Source of the DNA: Erysipelotrichaceae bacterium MTC7
GTDB taxonomy: Bacteria; Bacillota_I; Bacilli_A; Erysipelotrichales; Erysipelotrichaceae
DNA: 32,000 bases
NCBI GenBank assembly: GCA_001695645.1
Contig: LVZN01000023.1
Location: 60,001 to 92,000, forward strand
Direction: 5' to 3'
The notes below the pieces were generated by a model. It ran no database searches and was not told the DNA's origin. It saw only the letters and a program-made list of their open reading frames with translations. A program made the translations under genes and the position numbers. Positions 1-7,793 of the stretch are shown here, piece after piece; position 1 is the first letter of the stretch; each line of letters starts with the position of its first letter.

Positions 1-683
1 GAAACCACAGCGTTAAGTGCACCCCCAAAAACTAGCGGTTTAGTAAACTGAATTTGTGATAAACCTTCCGCATACGCCAGTTTGAACAGCATCGGTGATA
101 AAACAAAACTCGGTACAGTTTTGGCAGAAATCCCTTGAGTTTCAAGTGTTTCTCTAAGTTTTTCTTTCATATGGTATAAACGCGAATGCACCGTTCCTTC
201 TGGGATTTGTAAAATGTCTGCAATCTCACTAACCGAAAGTTCATCATAATAACGCAAGATACCCACTGTGCGAAGTGGTGTTTTCAAGGTTTGCATACTT
301 TCATAGATCGTTTTCTGCAACTCTTTATTTTCCAATATCGCCTTTGCATCTTTTTGCTTTAGATCTTCAAATTGCTCAATTGAGTAGTCATCACCAAGAT
401 CTACTACTTGTTCTTTTTTCTTATCATAGTCGTTACAAACGTTGTAGGTGATGCGCATCAACCATGTGTAAAACGCACTTGCATTATCAAGTTTTTCAAT
501 ATTCTTATACACTCTTAGAAACACTTCCTGCACAATATCTCTTGCTAGACTTTCATTGTGAAAATAGTTCATCGCCTTAAAGTATACGTTGTTTACATAC
601 GCATAATATAACTCTTCAAACGCATGCGAATCACCCTTTTTTACTAAAGTGATTAACTGCGTCAACTTCTCTTTATCTTTCAT
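1..683 (-). CDS. ECF-type RNA polymerase sigma-70 factor; 3' end runs off the window (at least 227 aa), with extra C-terminal sequence after region 4
   Basis: ATG at 683 (MKDKEKLTQLITLVKKGDSHAFEELYYAYVNNVYFKA...). Region-2-like FYTWLMRITYNVCNDY and region-4 HTH LSVSEIADILQIPEGTVHSRLYHMKEKL. I checked this frame by hand and it stays open to base 3, giving at least 43 aa beyond region 4, including the hydrophobic VPSFVLSPMLFKLAYAEGL. Missing from the ORF track because it has no in-window stop. Confidence 0.8.
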   Translation of the reverse strand, partial: MKDKEKLTQLITLVKKGDSHAFEELYYAYVNNVYFKAMNYFHNESLARDIVQEVFLRVYKNIEKLDNASAFYTWLMRITYNVCNDYDKKKEQVVDLGDDYSIEQFEDLKQKDAKAILENKELQKTIYESMQTLKTPLRTVGILRYYDELSVSEIADILQIPEGTVHSRLYHMKEKLRETLETQGISAKTVPSFVLSPMLFKLAYAEGLSQIQFTKPLVFGGALNAVV

Positions 684-789
684 GTCACACATTCCTTTTT
701 TTCTAATTCTAACCTGAATTCATCACACTTTAAATTGCTCTTTGTACTTCGTTGGTTTGCTATGTAGCAAGCAACTACTAAGAGTGGAT

Positions 790-818
790 AAAGCTAGTAA
801 TAGGATATCACTAGCTTT
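790..818. terminator. 9-bp stem hairpin between the adhesin stop and the sigma gene
   Basis: aaagctagt (790-798) pairs with actagcttt (810-818), 11-nt loop. The T-run lies on the plus-strand side only, so function on the minus-strand transcript is uncertain. Confidence 0.3.
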
Positions 819-829
819 TTCATTATCTT

Positions 830-3337
830 CTATTGTTCTTTTCTTCTTTTCTTATAGGCAATGCAACAAACCACAATGGCACTTAACACAGCGTATATTA
901 ATAGAGTATTTACTGGATTGTTGTCCCCTGTTTTTATACTTGGTAAAGCTTCCAATTCTTTACTCACTGCAGTTTGCGGTAGTTGACGAAACGGTTCATC
1001 CTTCGATTCTTCTTTTGGATCTCCCTTTGGATCATCCTTTGGTTCCTCTTTAGGTTCCTCTGTTGGCACTTCAACTATTTTCTCATTATAAGCTTTGACG
1101 ATAATTGTTTGCGTGGTTTGTGCATCAATTGTAAATTCAAGTTTTTCTGTTGATAACGTGTACCCGTTTGGTGCTTTTGTTTCTACAAAATAGTACGATC
1201 CTTCTTGTAACTTTTCAACTGTTATTTCACCATACATGTCAGTCACATAAGCAACATCATTGAGCTTGATATCATCTTGACCAGTTGCGACTTTGTATAA
1301 ATCAAAGTGTGCATCATCCAATGTTACAGTGTCATTTCTTCCTTCTTCATATTTGATAAGTTTCACATCTACTGTGTTTAACTTTCTGTTATACACGTTG
1401 GTAACAATGGACGCTTGCCCATAGTTTTGAATCACAACTTCAAATACATGCGTTTGACTATCTGGGCTTGCATCCAGTTCATATATGGCATCTTCTACGG
1501 TATATCCGTCTGCTGCTTTCAGTTCTTTCCAATAATAATATCCTGCATCCAAGCCACCAACTTTAGCGGTTCCCCATGGATTTGTGATAACTTCTTTAAC
1601 TAACGTATCATTTTTCGAAGGTGTTGTACCATCTGCAACTTTATATAAACCAAATGTAGATTCTGCAATGGTTTGTTTTACATCTTCATCTTTTGTTGCT
1701 AGATCATATTTCTTAACAGTTGCACTACCCTTAGCATCGCCAACGATAGTACCGCTATACGTACTAAATACAACTTTCTTTTCATCAGATGCTACTGTAC
1801 CATTTTTCCAATACATATTTGCTTGGTTTGTAACATTTTCGCCTTCCATCATTCCATCAGCAAAACTTGTTTTCAACTTAATGGTATATGCAGGAATCAC
1901 ATAACCTACTTTTGCAAATTCCGTGTCTAAATACTTGGCTTGTTCTTTTGTAAATATTTCTTCATCTTCCTTAACACCATCAACTTCAACTTCTCTTGTT
2001 AGTGATCTTAAATAAGATTCAAACTTTGTTCGCCCTTCAACCTCTTCCATATTTTTCACACATGTAAGATCTGTAAATTTAACTCCAGTGAACGTATCAT
2101 CTGTACTATCTCCTAAATCCCCTAAATAAACAAGTACGGTCGTACTCACCAGACCATTCGTATCTAATTCTTTATAAATTAAAATCGTTTGTCTTTCTGC
2201 TTGATCTAAGAAACTTTCTTTAAGTTCATCATATGCCATTCCAGCTTCAAAGTTATAGCCTTTTTCAGCAAAGGCTTCATTTGACTCCTTATCATATTCA
2301 ATATAAGTAAATAAATCCTTAGTATTCTCATTGTAGAACGTTAGCCAATTGTAAACTTTGTCAGAATATTGTCCAACGTCTCCATTTTCGATACCTTTAG
2401 AAGCATAGTCAATTGGTGTTCCATCTTTTTCGGTTGTTGCATATGCATTTAGTTGCAACTGTACTGTGATGCTTTCCAACGTTTGGTTGAACGTCAGCTT
2501 ATCTTCAACATATGCATTTGCTCTAGCGTTTTTAATCTTGCCTTTATCATCTTTTTGTCCATTGCTTAATGCTGCATAATAATCATAAGCAGGATGCAAT
2601 GTCCAAGTTGCTCTTTTTGCCACATTATCGTAGATACCTTCTTTAAGTAAACCAGGCACTGACTCTTTTGGATTTGCTCCAGTGTCAACAACCACCGGCT
2701 TTTCAGGTGAGGTGATGGGATTATCTTCACCAAAAACGCTTTCTCCATTCACAGTTAATCCAGAATCCATCTCGTACTTCACAATCTTTCCTTTAGCATA
2801 TAAAGAACCTGATCGTACAACGTATGGAGAATCTGGATCATCTCCATGCGGCAAATCACCGATCGTCACTTTCATTACTGTGCGCCCTGTATTTGCATTA
2901 GCATCCACTGTAAAGGTTCCAATTTCTTTGTCGGTTACATCCAATAAAGAAAACGGATTCCCGTTGCCATCCGTGAATAGAAAACCGAATCCTTCTTTGT
3001 CACCAAAGTTTTCTTCTTGAATTTCAAAACTAAATGTATCTCCAGTTTGTAAAAGAAGATATGTGCTATCTCCATCTTTGTATACTGCTTCCCAATCAAT
3101 TTTCAAGCGGATTTGTGTCCACTTGTTTAACTCGATAACGCCACCTTCTGGTTTCGTTACATCATGCCAATCTTTGTTCCAGTCTTCATACTGCAATGTG
3201 ATTGCTTTTGTTGTAATTTTATTTGCCCCTGTCATGTCCTCTAATTCTTCAGCAGCTTGTACACTCATGTTTCCTGCAAAAATAGCAGTGACTAGCATGA
3301 ATATTGTCATTACAACTCCTATTACTTTCTTTTTCAT
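830..3337 (-). CDS. Cell-surface adhesin (835 aa): signal peptide, collagen-binding-like A region, Cna-B/SpaA-type domains, Pro/Lys/Glu-rich stalk, C-terminal sorting-like signal
   Basis: I chose the internal ATG at 3337 (MKKKVIGVVMTIFMLVTAIFAGNMSVQAAEE, a Sec signal) because AGGAGG lies just upstream. The 887-aa track ORF start has no RBS. Cna-B-like motifs: FGLYKVADG...GYYYWKELKAADGYTV and FDLYKVATG...GSYYFVETKAPNGYTL. Tail: ...LPQTAVSKELEALPSIKTGDNNPVNTLLIYAVLSAIVVCCIAYKKRRKEQ. Confidence 0.85.
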   Translation of the reverse strand: MKKKVIGVVMTIFMLVTAIFAGNMSVQAAEELEDMTGANKITTKAITLQYEDWNKDWHDVTKPEGGVIELNKWTQIRLKIDWEAVYKDGDSTYLLLQTGDTFSFEIQEENFGDKEGFGFLFTDGNGNPFSLLDVTDKEIGTFTVDANANTGRTVMKVTIGDLPHGDDPDSPYVVRSGSLYAKGKIVKYEMDSGLTVNGESVFGEDNPITSPEKPVVVDTGANPKESVPGLLKEGIYDNVAKRATWTLHPAYDYYAALSNGQKDDKGKIKNARANAYVEDKLTFNQTLESITVQLQLNAYATTEKDGTPIDYASKGIENGDVGQYSDKVYNWLTFYNENTKDLFTYIEYDKESNEAFAEKGYNFEAGMAYDELKESFLDQAERQTILIYKELDTNGLVSTTVLVYLGDLGDSTDDTFTGVKFTDLTCVKNMEEVEGRTKFESYLRSLTREVEVDGVKEDEEIFTKEQAKYLDTEFAKVGYVIPAYTIKLKTSFADGMMEGENVTNQANMYWKNGTVASDEKKVVFSTYSGTIVGDAKGSATVKKYDLATKDEDVKQTIAESTFGLYKVADGTTPSKNDTLVKEVITNPWGTAKVGGLDAGYYYWKELKAADGYTVEDAIYELDASPDSQTHVFEVVIQNYGQASIVTNVYNRKLNTVDVKLIKYEEGRNDTVTLDDAHFDLYKVATGQDDIKLNDVAYVTDMYGEITVEKLQEGSYYFVETKAPNGYTLSTEKLEFTIDAQTTQTIIVKAYNEKIVEVPTEEPKEEPKDDPKGDPKEESKDEPFRQLPQTAVSKELEALPSIKTGDNNPVNTLLIYAVLSAIVVCCIAYKKRRKEQ

Positions 3338-3423
3338 AACCCTCCTTATTTCACACATACAATTGTAATTTTCACCTATTTGCATAGGCAAGGATTCCAA
3401 GGCTTCACTTTTTATTCTGTCAT

Positions 3424-3455
3424 ATAAAAAAGTGCCCATGTGAGAAAACGGCACT
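3424..3455 (-). promoter_or_regulatory. Intrinsic-terminator-like hairpin inside the adhesin 5' leader (candidate attenuator)
   Basis: Minus strand reads agtgcc-gttttctcacat-gggcact followed by TTTTTTAT, about 90 nt upstream of the adhesin ATG. No coding gene ends immediately upstream of it. Confidence 0.45.
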
Positions 3456-3876
3456 GAAAAAGAATAGTTGATATTCGAGTTCCCTTTATTCACACACTTA
3501 CATCTTTTCTACACAACACAATCCCTTGTTTCCTTTATCTACCTTCAAAATAGTTTTAAAAGTAGATAAAGGAAAGCAATCCATAGTAGCAGATTGCTCT
3601 CTGACTTCAGGTTTTATGTGTGTGGAAGTCAAAACCAACCTATACAACAGGGATGTATAAACTTGGTTTCACTTATATAGACTTCCATAAAATAAAAATC
3701 TTCAAAAATTTGATAACTTTTTTTAAAAAAATTTACATTTGCACGCAATGAAGACTTAATGTAGACCAATTACATATACTTTAGTATATTCATAACATAT
3801 GATATTGTCTATATATTTGCCTAAAATCAGTAAATACAAGCAGTAAGTATGTACCTCTTAGCAAAATATGCACAAC

Positions 3877-3922
3877 CAAAAAATAACAATCCTTACGTAG
3901 GGATGTAAGGATTGTTATTTTC
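3877..3922 (-). terminator. Strong rho-independent terminator downstream of the pfl genes
   Basis: Perfect 15-bp stem aataacaatccttac / gtaaggattgttatt with an 8-nt loop. On the minus strand it is followed by TTTTT. T-rich on the plus side too, so possibly bidirectional. Confidence 0.75.
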
Positions 3923-4079
3923 TTCATGTTTACTGTGTGTGTTGAAGTTACAAGGAACATCGTGAGATTTCACTTTACGTTCCTTCACCTACATAGAGGT
4001 TAATGTCTAGCCTATGCTTCGCAAAACGTAAAAAAAACACCAACTGTAAACGTTGATGTCTTTCATATAAACTTTTGTA

Positions 4080-4313
4080 TTACATTCCTTCGTGCATTGT
4101 ACGGTGGATAACATCATCTTGTTGTTCTTTGCTCAACTTGTTGAAGTTAACAGCGTATCCTGATACACGGATTGTAAGTTGTGGATATTTTTCTGGGTGT
4201 GCTTGTGCATCTAATAATGTTTCACGATCAAATACGTTAACATTTAAATGGTGTCCACCACTTTGTGCATATCCATCGATCATTGTTACTAAGTTTTCTG
4301 CTTTGTTGCTCAT
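4080..4313 (-). CDS. Stand-alone glycyl-radical domain protein (77 aa), equivalent to the C-terminal Gly-radical domain of PflB; GrcA/YfiD-like
   Basis: [77 protein letters not shown] carries the PFL/GrcA fingerprint HLNVNV...[19 protein letters not shown] at 4313 lies 8 nt after AGAAGGAAG. The track start at 4322 is a GTG that overlaps this RBS. Confidence 0.85.
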   Translation of the reverse strand: MSNKAENLVTMIDGYAQSGGHHLNVNVFDRETLLDAQAHPEKYPQLTIRVSGYAVNFNKLSKEQQDDVIHRTMHEGM

Positions 4314-4333
4314 TTTTGTCACTTCCTTCTATA

Positions 4334-6340
4334 TTAGTCTTCGTCTTTTCCAAGAGCGTCTGGCACAATTGAGAATGTGTTAGAAATTCCATCACGTGAA
4401 TATTCGTATGGTAATTTTGCAACCGATTCAAGTGAAGCTACCGCACCATGTGTATCACGTCCATGCATTGGGTTCGCTCCTGGTGCAAATGGTTCTCCAG
4501 CTTTACGACCATCAGGTGTATTACCAGTTTTCTTACCATAAACAACGTTTGAAGTAATCGTCAAGATACTCATTGAAGGAACTCCATTACGGTATGTACG
4601 GTGTTCTTTAATCATGTTCATGAATGTTTTTACTAGGTCAGCTGCAATACGGTCAACGCGGTCATCGTTGTTTCCGTAAGTTGGGAATTCTCCTTCAACT
4701 TCGTAGTCAACAACAATTCCATCTTCATCACGTACAGCTTTAACTTTAGCATATTTAATTGCAGATAATGAGTCAGCAACAACTGACAATCCTGCAATAC
4801 CTGTAGCGAAGAAACGACGTACATCGTGATCGTGTAATGACATTTCTAATGCTTCGTATGAGTATTTATCGTGCATGTAGTGGATTACGTTTAATGTGTT
4901 TACGTATAATCCTGCTAACCATGACATCATTTGTTTATATTTTTGCATAACTTCTTCGTAGTCTAAGTATTCTGAAGTTACTGGTTCCATTCTTGGTGAA
5001 ACTTGGATTTTTTTCTTTTCATCAACACCACCGTTGATTGCGTAAAGTAAACATTTAGCTAAGTTTGCTCTAGCTCCAAAGAATTGCATATCTTTACCAA
5101 CACGCATACAAGATACACAACATGCAATTGCATAGTCATCACCCATTTCAATACGCATCAAGTCATCGTTTTCATATTGAATTGAACTTGTTTCAATTGA
5201 AATCTTTGCACAGAAACGTTTGAAGTTGTGTGGTAATCTTGTTGACCAAAGAACTGTTAAGTTTGGTTCTGGTGCTGGTCCTAAGTTTACAAGAGTGTGT
5301 AAGAATCTAAATGAGTTCTTTGTTACTAGTGAACGTCCATCTAGTGACATACCACCAATACTTTCTGTAACCCAAGTAGGGTCTCCAGAGAATAGTTCGT
5401 TATATTCAGGTGTACGCATGAATTTAACCAAACGTAATTTCATAATGAAGTGATCAATCATTTCTTGTGCTTCTTCTTCTGTGATTAATCCAGCTTCTAA
5501 ATCTCTTTGGATGTAAATATCTAAGAATGTAGATGTACGTCCAAGTGACATGGCAGCTCCGTTTTGATCTTTAACTGCTGCTAAGTATCCAAAGTATACA
5601 GCTTGAATGGCTTCTTGTGCTGTTACTGATGGTTCTGAAATATCAATTCCGTAAATCATTGCCATTTCTTTAAGGGCAATTAGGGCACGAATTTGTTCAC
5701 TAACTTCTTCACGATCACGAATTCTTTCTTCTGTCATTGATCCAAGAAGAACTGTATTTAATAAGTTTTGTTTGTCTTCAATTAAGAAATCAACACCGTA
5801 TAGGGCAATACGACGGTAATCTCCAATGATACGTCCACGTCCGTAAGCATCAGGAAGTCCAGTAATAATTCCACAAGTACGTGCACGGCGCATTTCTTGT
5901 GTATAAGCATCGAAAACACCTTGATTATGTGTTTTACGGTATTTTGAGAATACTTCTTTAATTTCTGGATCCAATTCGTATCCGTAAGCTTGCAAAGCAG
6001 TTTCACTCATACGAATACCACCAAATGGTTGTAATGAACGTTTGAATGGTTTATCTGTTTGGAAACCAACGATTTTTTCTAAATCTTTATTTAAGTATCC
6101 AGCCTTGTGGCTTGTTAATGATGATACAACTTTTGTATCTGCATCAAGAACACCTCCTGCAGCTGCTTCTTCTTTATTTAATTCTGTAACTTGATCCCAA
6201 AGCGCTTTTGTTCCTTCTGTTGGGTCTGCTAAGAAACTTTCGTCTCCTTCATATTCTGTATAATTACGTTGGATAAAATCACGAACATTGATTTCGTCAG
6301 TCCAGTTTCCTGAGTTAAAACCTTGCCAACCTTTGTACAT
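4334..6340 (-). CDS. pflB: Pyruvate formate-lyase catalytic large ORF (668 aa), lacking the glycyl-radical domain
   Basis: Start [27 protein letters not shown] at 6340, preceded by AAGGAGAGG. Active-site Cys pair in [15 protein letters not shown]. Ends ...[13 protein letters not shown]-stop, the point where full-length PflB continues into the Gly-radical domain. Confidence 0.9.
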   Translation of the reverse strand: MYKGWQGFNSGNWTDEINVRDFIQRNYTEYEGDESFLADPTEGTKALWDQVTELNKEEAAAGGVLDADTKVVSSLTSHKAGYLNKDLEKIVGFQTDKPFKRSLQPFGGIRMSETALQAYGYELDPEIKEVFSKYRKTHNQGVFDAYTQEMRRARTCGIITGLPDAYGRGRIIGDYRRIALYGVDFLIEDKQNLLNTVLLGSMTEERIRDREEVSEQIRALIALKEMAMIYGIDISEPSVTAQEAIQAVYFGYLAAVKDQNGAAMSLGRTSTFLDIYIQRDLEAGLITEEEAQEMIDHFIMKLRLVKFMRTPEYNELFSGDPTWVTESIGGMSLDGRSLVTKNSFRFLHTLVNLGPAPEPNLTVLWSTRLPHNFKRFCAKISIETSSIQYENDDLMRIEMGDDYAIACCVSCMRVGKDMQFFGARANLAKCLLYAINGGVDEKKKIQVSPRMEPVTSEYLDYEEVMQKYKQMMSWLAGLYVNTLNVIHYMHDKYSYEALEMSLHDHDVRRFFATGIAGLSVVADSLSAIKYAKVKAVRDEDGIVVDYEVEGEFPTYGNNDDRVDRIAADLVKTFMNMIKEHRTYRNGVPSMSILTITSNVVYGKKTGNTPDGRKAGEPFAPGANPMHGRDTHGAVASLESVAKLPYEYSRDGISNTFSIVPDALGKDED

Positions 6341-6465
6341 ATGTCTACCTCTCCTTCTTAAGGGAAAAACCCTTATCATTTTCAACGAGTGAAGTATAAC
6401 ACGATTGTATATACTTGTCACACTTTATATAAAATCCTATATATTACCATTCCACTACATATCAT

Positions 6466-6493
6466 ATTTTATGAGATATATAATTATTTGCAA
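6466..6493 (-). promoter_or_regulatory. Candidate sigma-A promoter for pflB
   Basis: Minus strand: TTGCAA, 16 nt, TAAAAT, about 120 nt upstream of the pflB ATG. A second candidate, GTGACA-17-TATACT, lies closer. Confidence 0.4.
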
Positions 6494-6519
6494 TTTATAT
6501 ATCACTTTATAAGTTTTTT

Positions 6520-6852
6520 TTAATGCATGTGATTGGCTTTGTATTCTTCCATCTTTGACTCAAGATAAATCTGTAAAATCTCTTCTGGTTGATACCCTTG
6601 AACTTTACTGATTAATTCATCTTTATATAAGAATAGAATTGTTGGAACTTGATGAACATCATAGTAAGTATTGATATCTTTATTGTTTTCATTTGCGTCC
6701 ATCAAATACACTTTTAAGTTGTCAAACTTACGTCCCATACTTTGGACAATCGGTGACATGGTTGTACAATTTGCACAACCATCACCACTAATTAAGACCA
6801 AAGAAAATTCATTCTTTGTAAATTCATTTCTAAAATTATCATTTGTTAACAT
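6520..6852 (-). CDS. Thioredoxin-fold protein with a CANC active-site motif (110 aa)
   Basis: SLVLISGDGCANCTTMSPIV gives a CxxC at the position of Trx WCGPC. HQVPTILFLYKD matches the cis-Pro VPT loop. The start overlaps the pflA stop by 14 nt (6839-6852). Confidence 0.7.
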   Translation of the reverse strand: MLTNDNFRNEFTKNEFSLVLISGDGCANCTTMSPIVQSMGRKFDNLKVYLMDANENNKDINTYYDVHQVPTILFLYKDELISKVQGYQPEEILQIYLESKMEEYKANHMH

Positions 6853-7615
6853 GTTTTTTCACTCCTAAAATTTCTTTTGTTCGATCGATGACTTCCTTTG
6901 TTGGTTTATCCACACCTTCCAAAGGATATGGAATATTCAAATTCTGGTACTTTGCAATTCCCATGGTGTGGTATGGCAAGACTTCGATCTTTTCGATATT
7001 TTTGTAACCACTTAAATATTCATGCAACTTCTCAACATCTTTTTGATCATCACTATATCCAGGTACAAGCACATAACGTACCCATACTGGTTTGTTGTGA
7101 TCTGCTAAGTAGTCCATAAAGTCCCGTGGATTGCGATTATCTTTCCCCGTTAGTTTTTTATGTTTTGCCGGATCGATGTGTTTTACATCAAGTAAAAACA
7201 AATCAGCAACTTCCAATAGTGCATCAAACTTTTCGATTACTGCTGGACTGTCTTTGACAAAGGTAATTCCACTGGTATCAACAGCGGTGTGCAATCCTTC
7301 TTTTTTCAAACGTTTTAATAGTTCTGTCACAAATTCGATTTGGACAAGTGGTTCTCCTCCACTTATGGTCACGCCTCCATCTTTAATGTAGTTTTTGTAT
7401 TTTTTTATTTGGTCGACTACATCATCAACGCTGTAAACATCGCCGCCGCTACCAATCTTCCACGTATCTGGATTGTGGCAATACAAACAACGCATCGGAC
7501 AACCTTGCATAAATACCACAAAGCGAATACCGGGACCGTCGACAGTTCCAAAACTTTCAAAGGAGTGGATTCTCCCTAATACTTGTTCATTCAACTCCAT
7601 CACCTCTTTACACAT
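6839..7615 (-). CDS. pflA: Pyruvate formate-lyase activating enzyme (radical SAM)
   Basis: GRIHSFESFGTVDGPGIRFVVFMQGCPMRCLYCHNPDTW contains the CX3CX2C cluster motif and the PflA N-terminal signature. Start is ambiguous: ATG 7615 sits 2 nt after a TGcTATAAT box, and ATG 7600 (MELNEQVLGRIHSF) sits right after GAGGTG. Confidence 0.9.
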   Translation of the reverse strand: MCKEVMELNEQVLGRIHSFESFGTVDGPGIRFVVFMQGCPMRCLYCHNPDTWKIGSGGDVYSVDDVVDQIKKYKNYIKDGGVTISGGEPLVQIEFVTELLKRLKKEGLHTAVDTSGITFVKDSPAVIEKFDALLEVADLFLLDVKHIDPAKHKKLTGKDNRNPRDFMDYLADHNKPVWVRYVLVPGYSDDQKDVEKLHEYLSGYKNIEKIEVLPYHTMGIAKYQNLNIPYPLEGVDKPTKEVIDRTKEILGVKKHVNK

Positions 7616-7758
7616 GCATTATAGCACAATAAACTTTAAGCTAAATCATTTTGCCCATATATACTATAGCGAATAATTCCCTACTTTATGCCAAAATCTA
7701 TATAGTGTTACAACTTTCTTGCTTCACTTAGACAAATCTTCTTTTTTGCAGTAGATGT

Positions 7759-7787
7759 TTGCCTTTTTTGGCATAGCAATTTATACT
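7759..7787 (+). promoter_or_regulatory. Promoter of pyrR; predicts a leaderless mRNA
   Basis: TTGCCT (7759-7764), 17 nt, TATACT (7782-7787), 6 nt, ATG (7794). No Shine-Dalgarno sequence upstream of the ATG. Confidence 0.5.
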
Positions 7788-7793
7788 TGTTAT

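Noticed and set aside
742-1053. 103-aa plus-strand ORF at the adhesin 3' end
   Set aside because: It is antisense to the adhesin stalk and anchor coding region, starts in the intergenic hairpin, and has no RBS or motif.
3338-3493. The longer 887-aa start of the adhesin (ATG at 3493)
   Set aside because: The extra 52 residues have no signal-peptide character and would include the terminator-like hairpin. The internal ATG at 3337 has AGGAGG and gives a classical Sec signal.
4311-4336. The pflB split as a trivial frameshift, pseudogene or sequencing error
   Set aside because: Not fully excluded, but disfavoured. The stop in the upstream frame lies before the stop that opens the downstream frame, so no single indel restores a fusion. 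A well-spaced SD and ATG sit exactly at the domain boundary. Kept as a finding, with read-level verification requested.
4075-4431. ORFs 4075-4383 (+) and 4237-4431 (-) at the pfl junction
   Set aside because: These are alternative-frame and antisense shadows of the PFL coding sequence. They have no RBS and no recognisable motifs.
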